NCBI GenBank assembly: GCA_944381055.1
Contig: CALWJQ010000014.1
Span: 8,537 to 72,536 of the forward strand
Direction: 5' to 3'
Origin: an uncultured Clostridia bacterium
GTDB taxonomy: Bacteria > Bacillota > Clostridia > Oscillospirales > Butyricicoccaceae
DNA: 64,000 nt
Position numbers and translations under genes: made by a program. The notes under the pieces were generated by a model. That model did not search any database, was not told where the DNA came from, and saw only the letters and a list, made by a program, of their open reading frames with translations. Of the stretch, positions 48,351 through 57,320 are shown one piece after another (position 1 is the first letter of the stretch; every line of letters begins with the position of its first letter).

Positions 48351-48372
48351 TTTCCCACCTGCCTCTTGCTGT

Positions 48373-48407
48373 CACACTCTCTGGCACAAAGAGCCACTTT
48401 CCCCCAC
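48373..48407 (-). promoter_or_regulatory. candidate MraZ operator: four GTG-type boxes at exact 10-bp spacing
   Basis: The minus strand reads aGTGGGggaaaGTGGCtctttGTGCCagagaGTGTGac. The complementary CAC triplets are at 48405, 48395, 48385 and 48375. The boxes lie between the promoter -10 and the mraZ ATG. Confidence 0.5.
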
Positions 48408-48420
48408 TGCTTGTTCTTTT

Positions 48421-48449
48421 ATTATACGCAGTGCGCCAAAAAATTGCAA
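48421..48449 (-). promoter_or_regulatory. dcw (mraZ) promoter, near-consensus sigma-A type
   Basis: On the minus strand: TTGCAA (48449..48444), a 17-nt spacer, then TATAAT (48426..48421). Confidence 0.65.
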
Positions 48450-48540
48450 GAGCTTTTTCGGAATTTTCACCCGATCAAAAAGCGTTTTTTTGTCGCAAAA
48501 TGTCGATTTTTAAAAACATAAAACATATGTTCGCATTTTT

Positions 48541-48575
48541 ACAGAAAGAGCCGCCGGGCGTCTGCCCGGCGGCTC
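48541..48575 (-). terminator. terminator after the coiled-coil protein gene
   Basis: 12-bp stem GAGCCGCCGGGC / GCCCGGCGGCTC with a 4-nt loop, followed on the minus strand by TTTCTGTAAAAA. Confidence 0.6.
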
Positions 48576-48616
48576 GTCAGCTTGGCTGTCTGTTTTTGCG
48601 GCTTCAAAGCCGCGTT

Positions 48617-49096
48617 TTAATTGTCTGAAGCCGGCTTGTCGCGCAGCAGCTGGCGGAACTGGATGCGCGACTGTTTGATCTCGTCGGCGGTCTGGGCCAG
48701 CGCGTCTTCGGCGCGGCGCATGGCGTCTTCACAGTAAGCGCCGGCGGCTTTCATGATTTCGCGCGAACGGTTTTCCGCGCCGGCGATGATCTCGGCGGCG
48801 CGTTTGCGCGCCTCGGTCACGACCTCGTGCTCATTGACGCGCTGCTTGGCATAATCTTCCGCCTGCTTTTTGATGGTGTCGTATTCGCGTTTGCCGGCGG
48901 AAATGACCTCGTTGCGCTTCTCCACAATTTCGCGCGCCATTTTAAGTTCAGCCGGCAGGTCGGCGCGGATTTCGTCCAGAATATCCAAAGCCTTGTCCCG
49001 CTCAATAATGCAGCGGTCGCCCAACGGCACGCTGCGCGCATCCTGGATCATCTCATACAGGGTCATAATCAGTTCGTCAATGGTAGTTCCAGCCAT
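48617..49096 (-). CDS. hypothetical coiled-coil protein (V-ATPase subunit H/G-like heptad region)
   Basis: 159 aa, highly charged and predicted all-helical (AELKMAREIVEKRNEVISAGKREYDTIKKQAEDYAKQRVNEHEVVTEARKRAAEII). No catalytic motif recognised. Confidence 0.5.
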   Translation of the reverse strand: MAGTTIDELIMTLYEMIQDARSVPLGDRCIIERDKALDILDEIRADLPAELKMAREIVEKRNEVISAGKREYDTIKKQAEDYAKQRVNEHEVVTEARKRAAEIIAGAENRSREIMKAAGAYCEDAMRRAEDALAQTADEIKQSRIQFRQLLRDKPASDN

Positions 49097-49111
49097 AATG
49101 CGTTTTCTCCT

Positions 49112-49597
49112 TTATTGTTCTCGATGGTACTTTTCAAGCAGCGCACGGCAGACAGCCGGAGATGCCAGGCCCGAAATATCCTGCCCGGCGGCGGCGCGGC
49201 GCCTGAGTTCGGACGAGCTTAAATTTTCCAGCCCCGGCGCGGCGGGAAGGAAAATGGTCTGCGCCCCGGCCCACTGCTGCTCGTTAAAGCGCGCCTGCAA
49301 AACCTCGTATACCAGATCCCCGGTGCTGCGCACCCCCTTGACAATGGCGCACGCGCCGCAGTCGCGGACGTATTCCCACAGCATACCGGCCCACACGTCG
49401 GCATCGACGCCCGGAATATCCGCGACGCTTTCGCGCACCAGTGCAAACCGCTCGTCGCGCGAAAAAAGATAATGCTTTTCCCGGTTGTCCATGACGACAG
49501 CCACCACGCGGTCAAACAGCCGGGCCGCCCGGCGGATAAGGTCGAGATGTCCGTTTGTCATGGGATCAAAGCTGCCGGGCACAATGGCAAGTTTCAT
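49112..49597 (-). CDS. coaD: phosphopantetheine adenylyltransferase
   Basis: 161 aa. Starts MKLAIVPGSFDPMTNGHLDLI, containing the nucleotidyltransferase (T/H)xGH motif. Confidence 0.95.
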   Translation of the reverse strand: MKLAIVPGSFDPMTNGHLDLIRRAARLFDRVVAVVMDNREKHYLFSRDERFALVRESVADIPGVDADVWAGMLWEYVRDCGACAIVKGVRSTGDLVYEVLQARFNEQQWAGAQTIFLPAAPGLENLSSSELRRRAAAGQDISGLASPAVCRALLEKYHREQ

Positions 49598-50145
49598 TCC
49601 GTATTCCTCGTCAGCGTTGTGACGGCCGTAGAGCCGTAGCGGTATTCCCGCAGTTTCGTGTAAGGGGCGCCGGGGATATACACCCTGTCCCCCCGGGCGC
49701 TTTCACATACGATTATACCACGGGCGGCGAGGATGTCAAACCGTTCGATCGCCCTGAGCGCATCTTCCAGTATTTTCCCGCCGTACGGCGGGTCGAGCAG
49801 GATGATGTCAAAGCTGCCCGGGGCCTGTTTCGCAACAGCCGACAAAAAGTCCCCCGCGAAAACGGCGCAGCGATCCTGCATCCCGCAGGACGCGATGTTC
49901 TGCCCGATGGCGCGCAGGGCGGCCCGGTCATTGTCGCACAGCAGGCAGGACGCCGCCCCGCGCGACAGGCATTCAAGCCCCAGCTGCCCCGACCCCGCGA
50001 ACAGATCGAGCACGCGGGCGCCCGGCACCCGGAACTGGATAATGCTGAAAACCGCTTCCTTGACGCGGTCGGTTGTCGGCCGCGTGTGCAGCCCGGGCGG
50101 CGCGGACAGGCGTTTGCCGCGGAGCGCCCCCGCAATGATGCGCAT
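49594..50145 (-). CDS. rsmD: 16S rRNA (guanine966-N2)-methyltransferase
   Basis: 183 aa. Starts MRIIAGALRGKRL, with VLDLFAGSGQLGLE and LLDPPY. Confidence 0.9.
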   Translation of the reverse strand: MRIIAGALRGKRLSAPPGLHTRPTTDRVKEAVFSIIQFRVPGARVLDLFAGSGQLGLECLSRGAASCLLCDNDRAALRAIGQNIASCGMQDRCAVFAGDFLSAVAKQAPGSFDIILLDPPYGGKILEDALRAIERFDILAARGIIVCESARGDRVYIPGAPYTKLREYRYGSTAVTTLTRNTE

Positions 50146-50147
50146 GG

Positions 50148-51974
50148 CTATTCTTTCCCCTTTTCAGAAAAATGCCGCGCGATCTCTTCGGCCACGTTGC
50201 GCGGAACGACGGCGGCCAGCTCATCCACCGATGCGCGGCGGATTGCCGAAATGGTGCCGAAGTGGCGCGTCAGCTGCCTGCGGCGCGCCTCCCCCAGCCC
50301 CGGAATTCCATCGAGCGCCGAACGCCGGGCGTTTTTGGCCCGGACATCGTGGTGATAGGCCACGGCGAAGCGGTGGGTTTCTTCCTGAATCCGCCCGACC
50401 AGGGCAAAAACTGCCGGCGCCGACACAATGCCGATTTCACGCCCATCCGCCGTGACAAGGGCGCGGGTACGGTGGTGGGCATCTTTGACCATGCCGAAAA
50501 CGGGGATGCCGACGCCGCGCTGTGCAAGCTGCTGCTGCGCCACGCGGGTCTGGCCTGTCCCGCCGTCCATCAGCAGCAGATCGGGCAGGGGCAGGAAGCC
50601 CTCGTCCCCGCCCAGCGCACGGTCAAGCCTGCGCCCGACGACCTCGGCCATGGCGCCGTAATCGTCGCCGCCTGCCGCCTGTTTGACTTTAAATTTTTTA
50701 TAGGCGCTCTTTTTAGGCGCGCCGTCTTCAAACACCGTCATGGACGCGACCGGATCGCTTCCCGCCGTGTTGGATATGTCAAAGGCTTCGATGCGCCGGG
50801 GCGTTTTTCCCAGCCCCAGCATCTCGCCCAGCATCACCAGCGTCTTGCGCGAACGCTGTTCGCGGGTCTCGAGCGCTTCAAGCTCCAGACGGGCGTTGTC
50901 GGCGGCCAGCCGGACCATTTGCAGCTTTTCGCCGCGCTGCGGCACCAGCACCGAACACCGCCGCCCCCGCAGCGATGACAGCAGCGCTTCGACGCCTTCC
51001 CGGTCGTCAATGTCGCGATCGAGCGCCAGCTCGCGCGGCGCGTTGCCGGCACGGCTGTAATACTGCTTGATGAAACTGGCCAGCGCGTCGGGCAGATCCT
51101 GTTCTTCCAGCCCGTCAAAAAACTGCACTTTTTTGTCCATCAGGCTGCCGCCGCCGTACGACAGCAGGGCGAACGCCGCGCGTGTGCCGCGCAGCGCGCA
51201 GGCCAGAACATCGATGTCAGACAGCGTGACGCCGGTGACCAGGCGGCTGCGCCCCAGCTTCTGCACGGCGCGCATCCGGTCGCGCAGCTGCGCGGCCCCC
51301 TCGAAATCGAGCGCTTCGGCGCGCTCGTTCATTTTTTCTTCCATTGCGCGCGCCAGGTCGTCGCCCTTGCCTTCCAGCAGCAAGGCGCTCTGGCGCAGCA
51401 GCTCGGCATACTGCTCGGGGCTAACGCTTCCGGTGCATACGCCGCAGCACTTTTTCAGGTGCAGCATCAGGCAGGGCCGCTCTTTGCCGATGTCGCGCGG
51501 GAATTTGCGCGTACAGGTCGGCAGGGCAAAGGTTTCGCGCACAATCTCGATGGCCGCTTTGGCCGCGCCGCGGCCGCCGTACGGGCCGAAGTAACGGGCC
51601 CCGTCGTCCTGCCTCGCCGGGGATATGGAAAAGTTGGCGTATTCGCCCTTGCCCAGCCGGACATAGGGGTACCCCTTATCGTCCTTGAGCAAAATATTGT
51701 ACTTCGGCTTGTAGCGCTTGATCAGCGTATTTTCAAGCAGCAGCGCGTCAAACTCGGTTTTGGCGTAAATGGTTTCAAAATCGTCGATATTTTCGACCAG
51801 CCGCCGCGTCTTAGCCGTGTGCGACGCCAGATTGGCAAAATATTGGCTGACGCGGTTTTTCAGCACTTTGGCCTTGCCGACATAAATGACCTGGCCGTTT
51901 TTGTCGCGCATCAGGTATACGCCGGGCACAAGCGGCAGCTCGTGCGCCTTTTGCCGAAGCTGTGACAGGGTCAT
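50148..51974 (-). CDS. uvrC: excinuclease ABC subunit C
   Basis: 608 aa. GIY-YIG N-terminus (PGVYLMRDKNGQVIYVGKA), a UVR domain, an endonuclease V-like domain, and a C-terminal helix-hairpin-helix pair (GIPGLGEARRRQL). Confidence 0.95.
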   Translation of the reverse strand: MTLSQLRQKAHELPLVPGVYLMRDKNGQVIYVGKAKVLKNRVSQYFANLASHTAKTRRLVENIDDFETIYAKTEFDALLLENTLIKRYKPKYNILLKDDKGYPYVRLGKGEYANFSISPARQDDGARYFGPYGGRGAAKAAIEIVRETFALPTCTRKFPRDIGKERPCLMLHLKKCCGVCTGSVSPEQYAELLRQSALLLEGKGDDLARAMEEKMNERAEALDFEGAAQLRDRMRAVQKLGRSRLVTGVTLSDIDVLACALRGTRAAFALLSYGGGSLMDKKVQFFDGLEEQDLPDALASFIKQYYSRAGNAPRELALDRDIDDREGVEALLSSLRGRRCSVLVPQRGEKLQMVRLAADNARLELEALETREQRSRKTLVMLGEMLGLGKTPRRIEAFDISNTAGSDPVASMTVFEDGAPKKSAYKKFKVKQAAGGDDYGAMAEVVGRRLDRALGGDEGFLPLPDLLLMDGGTGQTRVAQQQLAQRGVGIPVFGMVKDAHHRTRALVTADGREIGIVSAPAVFALVGRIQEETHRFAVAYHHDVRAKNARRSALDGIPGLGEARRRQLTRHFGTISAIRRASVDELAAVVPRNVAEEIARHFSEKGKE

Positions 51975-51993
51975 ACAAAACCTCCAGGCGATG

Positions 51994-52020
51994 CAAAAAG
52001 CGCCGCGTGCGTGCGGCGCT
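51994..52020 (-). terminator. terminator after the HPr-like gene
   Basis: Stem AGCGCCGC / GCGGCGCT with a 6-nt loop. The A-run 51995..51999 gives a T-run on the minus strand. Confidence 0.7.
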
Positions 52021-52070
52021 TTCGGTCAGTATGGGGGCGCACTGGCAAAGCGCCGACGCGCCCGCGAGTC

Positions 52071-52334
52071 TTATTCCCCGAAATTGGCGGCAATCAGGGC
52101 GCACAGCGCGTTGACGGCTTCTTCCTCGTCGGGGCCTTCCGCCGAAATGGTAATGGTGCTGCCCTTGGTGATGCCGAGAGACAAAACACCCAACAGGCTC
52201 TTGGCATTGACTTTGCGGTCGTCCTTTTCCACCATCATGGTGCTGCGAAACTCATTGGCTTTTTGAATAAAAAAGGTTGCCGGCCGGGCGTACAGGCCCA
52301 CCTGGTTGGTGACTGTAATGTCTTTGGAAAACAT
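52071..52334 (-). CDS. HPr-family phosphocarrier-like protein lacking the catalytic His15 (Crh-like)
   Basis: 87 aa. Reads VGLYARPATFF where canonical HPr has G(I/L)HARPA. The Ser46 region is conserved (KVNAKSLLGVLSLG). Confidence 0.85.
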   Translation of the reverse strand: MFSKDITVTNQVGLYARPATFFIQKANEFRSTMMVEKDDRKVNAKSLLGVLSLGITKGSTITISAEGPDEEEAVNALCALIAANFGE

Positions 52335-52432
52335 AACGTTCCCTCGCTTCCTGAGATTCGGTTGGTTGATTATATCCTATTTTAACAGATTCTTTCCGTC
52401 TTGGCAATCCCTTTTCTGCAATTCCCGCAGCA

Positions 52433-53161
52433 TCAAAGGAAAAAATAAAGTAAAATCGGCATAAAGGCAGCAGGGATCAGATTGGCGACATTGAATTTTT
52501 TAATGTCCCACAGGTCAAATCCAATCAGCATGAGCACCGCCGACCCGACGAGCGACATCTGCCCCACGACGACCATGGGAATGTAATCGCCCAGAAAATA
52601 CGCCACCAGCGTAATGGCCCCCTGGTACACCAGGATGGACAGCGCAGACAGCATGACGCCGTAACCGTAGACCGTGGCGAAAATGACCGACACAATCCCG
52701 TCGAGCACCGCTTTGGTGAACAGCATGGAAGGGTCCCCCATAATGCCGTCCTGAATCGACCCGATAATGGCCATCGCGCCCGCACAGAACAGCACCGTCG
52801 AACTGGCGAAGCCGGCGCCGATGTCGACGTTTTCCGCAGCGCCCGGCCTGGACAGTTTCCGCTTTAAGAAATTGGCGATGCGGTTGAACAGCCGGTCGAT
52901 GCCAATGAGTTCGCCGAGCAGGCCGCCCAGTACGAGCGACAGCACCATGCCCAGCCCATACGACGACGTCAGCACGCCGTCCTGCGCTGCCGTCACCGCC
53001 TGGGTGACGACCCCGAGCACGCCCAGCAGAAAGACGCCGGTGCCCTGAGCGGTAAAAATGATTTCCTGAAAACGCTTCGGAATGCCTTTTTTAAACAGCA
53101 AACCAACCGCTCCGCCCGCGACAATCGCGGCCGCGTTGACAAGCGTGCCTGCTCCAACCAT
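52433..53161 (-). CDS. DUF554 family membrane protein (YdfK/YqgA-like)
   Basis: 242 aa, polytopic. N-terminal GTLVNAAAIVAGGAVGLLFKKGIPKRFQE is typical of DUF554. Confidence 0.75.
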   Translation of the reverse strand: MVGAGTLVNAAAIVAGGAVGLLFKKGIPKRFQEIIFTAQGTGVFLLGVLGVVTQAVTAAQDGVLTSSYGLGMVLSLVLGGLLGELIGIDRLFNRIANFLKRKLSRPGAAENVDIGAGFASSTVLFCAGAMAIIGSIQDGIMGDPSMLFTKAVLDGIVSVIFATVYGYGVMLSALSILVYQGAITLVAYFLGDYIPMVVVGQMSLVGSAVLMLIGFDLWDIKKFNVANLIPAAFMPILLYFFL

Positions 53162-53200
53162 GTTTTCCTTTTCCCCTTTGTGTTTGTAGTCTCTCTGTCT

Positions 53201-55579
53201 TTATTCCAGCGTCGCAATGGTCACGCCGTCTTCGCCTTCGCCGTATACGCCGAGGCGGTAGCTTTTGACCTGCGGCATGCTTTTCAGCTCGGCCTGTACG
53301 GTGCGGCGCAGCACGCCGGTGCCTTTGCCGTGGATGATGGTGACCGCCGGCAGGTGCATACGCACCGCGCCGTCGATAAAACGCCCCAGCTCTAAAATCG
53401 CCTCTTCGGCCGTCATGCCGCGCAGGTCGAGACTGGCGCCCTGCCCTTCCGGGCGTGGGACGCGGCCGCCGGCCGTGCTTTTAGGCGCCTGGACCGGCTT
53501 GGGCCTGCTCTCTTCGATAAACTGGATCTCGTCGGGCCGCACCGTGATTTTCATAATGCCGGCCTGTACGCGGACATTGCCGCCCGGCGCCGGCGTTTCG
53601 AGCACCGTGGCCCGCGTTTTGGTCGCCAGCAGCTCGACGGTGTCGCCGGCCCGCAGCGGGCGCGGGGGCGGGATGGCCTTCTTTTTGGCTTTTTCCAGCG
53701 TGGTGCGGCGCTCAGCCTGCGAAATCTGCCCGCGGAAAGCGGCGCGCGCCGCGGCCAGGTTGGGGTCTTTGCCTTCTTCGGCCTGCTGGCGCAGCTTGCG
53801 CGCTTCGGTCAGCACATATTCTGACGTAGCGCGGGCGTTGTTTAAAATTTCCTGCGCCTTGAGCTTGGCGTCCATGATAAGCTTTTCCCGCTCGCCCTCG
53901 AGGGTGCTCAGCCGTTCCCTTGCCGTCCGTTCGGCCTCGGCAGCCTGCGCGCGGTCGCGCTCGGCCGACGCCAGGCGGCGTTCAAGCTCCTGCCTCTTTT
54001 CCTCGAGCTGTGAAATGACTTCTTCAAACCGCTTGCTCTCGGCGCCGACACGGCTGCCGGCGCTTTCGATGACGGCGTTGTCCAGCCCCAGGCGCGCCGC
54101 AATGGCAAAGGCGTTGGACTTGCCAGGGATGCCGAATACAAGGCGGTAGGTCGGGCGGAGCGTCTGCACGTCGAACTCGCAGGACGCGTTTTCAACCCCG
54201 TCGGTCTCGAGCGCATACATTTTGAGTTCCGCGTAATGGGTTGTGGCGATGACGGCGCTGCCGCGGCGGCGCAGCTCTTCGATGATGGCCATGGCCAGCG
54301 CCGCGCCCTCGACCGGGTCGGTGCCCGCCCCCAGCTCGTCGAGCAGCACCAGCGCGCCGCCGTCCGCCGCGCGCAGGATGTCGACGATATTGACCATGTG
54401 GGACGAAAAGGTCGACAGCGACTGCTCGATGCTCTGTTCATCCCCGATGTCGGCCAGCACCGACGTGCGGATTCTCACAACGCTGTCTTCGCCCGCCGGG
54501 ATTTGCAGCCCGCACTGCGCCATGACGGTCAGCAGGCCGACCGTTTTGATGCTGACCGTCTTGCCGCCCGTATTGGGGCCGGTGATGATGACGGTGTCGC
54601 ATTTTCCGCCGATTTCAAAGTCGATGGGCACGGCCTTTTCCTGGTCGAGCAGGGGATGGCGCGCGCGGCGCAGCAGCGTTTTCCCGCTGTCGCTGAGGCG
54701 CGGGCGCAGGGCTTTCATCTTATAGGCCAGCTTGCCGCGGGCAAAAATAAAGTCCAGCGCGCACAGCGTCTCGTAATCGCGCTGCATGGCGCCCGCGCCG
54801 GCCGCGACTTCGGCCGACAGGGCGGCCAGAATCCGCTCGATTTCCTGCTGCTCCTTTCCCGACAGCACGCGGATGCTGTTGTTCAGATCAACAACGGCCG
54901 TCGGTTCGATGAACAGCGTCGCCCCGCTCGAAGACACGTCGTGCACCAGGCCGCCGAACGCCGATCGGTATTCGGCCTTGACCGGCACGACATACCGCCC
55001 CGAACGGATGGTTACCAGGCTGTCCTGAAGCATTTTCTGATAGGTTGGCGAAGAAGTGATGCGGTTTAACGTCTCGCGGACACGCGACGCGGCGACGCGC
55101 ATCTGCCTGCGGATATCATTCAGCTCAGAGCTGGCCGAGTCGGCTATTTCCTCTTCTGAGATGATGGACGTGGTGATTTTGTCTTCCAGATATTTGTTGC
55201 CTGACAGGGATGAAAACAGCTCGTCGAGCGACGTTTTCCCCTCGCGGTGGTTTTCCAAATACCCGCGCGTCGTGCGCGCGGCGCGCAGCAGCCGGGCTAC
55301 GGCGAGCAGCTCGGCCATATTCAAAACGCCGCCCATGTCGGCGCGCGACAGCGCCCCGGACAGATCCCGGACCCCGTCGAACGACGGGCTTCCAAACAGG
55401 CCCATCAGGTGAACGGCGTCAGCGCACTGCTGCTGCAAAAGCTCGCACCGGCTGATCGACACTTCCGGCTGCAGCGACAGCGCGCGCTCGCGGGCCAGGT
55501 CGGTCTGCGTCTCAGCCGCCAGCAGCTCGAGCACTTTGGGCAGCTCAAGCGTGTGCAGTGATTTTTCTTGCAATGTCAT
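53201..55579 (-). CDS. mutS2: endonuclease MutS2 (MutS domain V ATPase + C-terminal Smr domain)
   Basis: 792 aa. Walker A GPNTGGKT, a long coiled-coil/KOW-like region, and a C-terminal Smr domain (LDLRGMTAEEA...IIHGKGTGVLR). Confidence 0.95.
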   Translation of the reverse strand: MTLQEKSLHTLELPKVLELLAAETQTDLARERALSLQPEVSISRCELLQQQCADAVHLMGLFGSPSFDGVRDLSGALSRADMGGVLNMAELLAVARLLRAARTTRGYLENHREGKTSLDELFSSLSGNKYLEDKITTSIISEEEIADSASSELNDIRRQMRVAASRVRETLNRITSSPTYQKMLQDSLVTIRSGRYVVPVKAEYRSAFGGLVHDVSSSGATLFIEPTAVVDLNNSIRVLSGKEQQEIERILAALSAEVAAGAGAMQRDYETLCALDFIFARGKLAYKMKALRPRLSDSGKTLLRRARHPLLDQEKAVPIDFEIGGKCDTVIITGPNTGGKTVSIKTVGLLTVMAQCGLQIPAGEDSVVRIRTSVLADIGDEQSIEQSLSTFSSHMVNIVDILRAADGGALVLLDELGAGTDPVEGAALAMAIIEELRRRGSAVIATTHYAELKMYALETDGVENASCEFDVQTLRPTYRLVFGIPGKSNAFAIAARLGLDNAVIESAGSRVGAESKRFEEVISQLEEKRQELERRLASAERDRAQAAEAERTARERLSTLEGEREKLIMDAKLKAQEILNNARATSEYVLTEARKLRQQAEEGKDPNLAAARAAFRGQISQAERRTTLEKAKKKAIPPPRPLRAGDTVELLATKTRATVLETPAPGGNVRVQAGIMKITVRPDEIQFIEESRPKPVQAPKSTAGGRVPRPEGQGASLDLRGMTAEEAILELGRFIDGAVRMHLPAVTIIHGKGTGVLRRTVQAELKSMPQVKSYRLGVYGEGEDGVTIATLE

Positions 55580-56229
55580 GGCAGGTCTCCCAGTTTATGA
55601 TAAAAATCCAGCGTTGAAAAGCCGCGCTCCAGGCGCGACAACAGATATTTTTCAGTAAAATCACATAAGACGGCACGGCTTTCGCCCTCGAGCGAAAAGG
55701 ACAGGAGCTTTTTCAAGTCGCAATCCAGTATGTACCTCGCGGCGCGCAGCGCCCCCCCGTCCAGCGCCTGCGACAGGGTCTTCCCGTCGGGCGCATAGCC
55801 CGACAGGGCGGCATAGCGCAGCTCAAAAGCCGCTTTGACCTTCCAGCGCTCATCCCCGCGGGACAGCGCATACAGGCTGTTCAGCGCCAGGCGCAGCACG
55901 CCGGGCTGCAGCGGGCTGCCTTCGGCTTCGGTGCCCAGCACCTCGGCCAGATAGGACGCCAGCGACGCGCCGTCCAGGTCGCGGCGCAGCCCGGCGAACT
56001 GCTCGCGCGTCTCGGCCTCGTCCAGCCGGTACCGGCCGTTGTATTCAAAAAGGGTCATCTCAGAATAAGCGAACAGCTGCACGGCCGGCAGCAGGCGGCT
56101 GCCGCGCCGTCGCGCGCCGCGTGCGCTGACCGTCAGCTTGCCCAGCCGATCGGTCAGCACCGTGAGGATTTTGTCGCTTTCCCGGTAATCGACCGACCGG
56201 ATCACCAGCCCGCCGACGACTGCGTGCAT
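55576..56229 (-). CDS. recO: DNA repair protein RecO
   Basis: 217 aa. OB-fold N-terminus GLVIRSVDYRESDKILTVLT. Located after era and yqzL as in Bacillus. The stop overlaps the mutS2 start. Confidence 0.85.
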   Translation of the reverse strand: MHAVVGGLVIRSVDYRESDKILTVLTDRLGKLTVSARGARRRGSRLLPAVQLFAYSEMTLFEYNGRYRLDEAETREQFAGLRRDLDGASLASYLAEVLGTEAEGSPLQPGVLRLALNSLYALSRGDERWKVKAAFELRYAALSGYAPDGKTLSQALDGGALRAARYILDCDLKKLLSFSLEGESRAVLCDFTEKYLLSRLERGFSTLDFYHKLGDLP

Positions 56230-56244
56230 GGCCCGGCGCCCCCT

Positions 56245-56340
56245 TTACTGCCTCTCTTCCCGCTGCTCGCGCGCTTTGTAATAACAATACGCCTGCGGCA
56301 GCCCGGTTTTTTGAAACAGCTCCCAGCTTCTGTCTTTCAT
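56245..56340 (-). CDS. yqzL: YqzL-like small protein (31 aa)
   Basis: Below the size cutoff of the track. ATG 56340..56338, stop TAA 56247..56245. My translation is MKDRSWELFQKTGLPQAYCYYKAREQREERQ. The W-x-x-F-x-x-T-G...Y pattern and the era/recO flanks match Bacillus yqzL. Confidence 0.65.
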   Translation of the reverse strand: MKDRSWELFQKTGLPQAYCYYKAREQREERQ

Positions 56341-56416
56341 CTCATCACCCCGGGATTAGTTTCTGCCCCCGGCACGGCAATAGCCGAAAGAAATATAGAC
56401 AGCACTGGAAAAACTT

Positions 56417-57316
56417 TTACGGCTCGTCGAAGAGCCCCATGCTGCGGATCTGGTTTAAATTGTTGCGCCAGTCTTCCTTGACTTTGACCCACAGCTCCAA
56501 AAACACCCGGGCGTCGAGCATCTGTTCAATCTCGGCGCGCGCTTCGGCGCCAACCTTTTTGAGCATGGCGCCGTTCTTGCCGATGACGATGCCCTTGTGG
56601 CTTCGCCGCTCGCAGTAAATGACGGCGCCTATTTCCATCAACCCGTCTTCACGCTCGATGTATTTTTCAATTTCAACTGCGATGCCGTGCGGCACTTCCT
56701 TGTCGAGCGCCATGAGCAGTTTTTCGCGGATGATCTCGGCCACCAGCTGTCGCTCGGGCTGGTCAGACACCATCCCGTCCGGGAAAAGCTGGGGCGACGG
56801 CTGGCAGTGCTTTTTAAGCTCGGCAAGAAGCTCGTCCAGCCCCTCGCCGCGCGACGCGGAGACGGGCACCACGGCGTCAAACGGGCAGGCGTTTTGATAA
56901 GCGGCCATGACTTCCAGCAGGTTTTCTTTTTTGACGGTGTCGATTTTGTTGATAACCAGGACGGCCGGCAGCCTGTATTCCCTGATTTTGTCAATGAGCA
57001 TCTGCTCGGGGATGCCGATGCGGGCCACCGGTTCAACGACGAGCACCGCCGTATCGACGTCGGCGACCGTCTCGTTGACGACGCGGACCATGGTCTCGCC
57101 CAGCCGGGTGCGCGGCTTGTGCAGCCCCGGCGTGTCGAGGAAAATCAGCTGGCAGTCGCCGGAATTGAGCACCCCGGTAATGCGGGTGCGGGTCGTCTGC
57201 GGTTTGTTGGACACAATGGCCACCTTGACCCCGCACAGCGCGTTGGTCAGGGTGCTTTTGCCGACGTTTGGCCGGCCGACAATGGAAAAAATTCCGGCTT
57301 TTGTAATTTGACTCAT
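56417..57316 (-). CDS. era: GTPase Era
   Basis: 299 aa. G1 GRPNVGKST, G3 DTPG, G4 NKID, and a C-terminal KH domain. Confidence 0.97.
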   Translation of the reverse strand: MSQITKAGIFSIVGRPNVGKSTLTNALCGVKVAIVSNKPQTTRTRITGVLNSGDCQLIFLDTPGLHKPRTRLGETMVRVVNETVADVDTAVLVVEPVARIGIPEQMLIDKIREYRLPAVLVINKIDTVKKENLLEVMAAYQNACPFDAVVPVSASRGEGLDELLAELKKHCQPSPQLFPDGMVSDQPERQLVAEIIREKLLMALDKEVPHGIAVEIEKYIEREDGLMEIGAVIYCERRSHKGIVIGKNGAMLKKVGAEARAEIEQMLDARVFLELWVKVKEDWRNNLNQIRSMGLFDEP

Positions 57317-57320
57317 TGTT

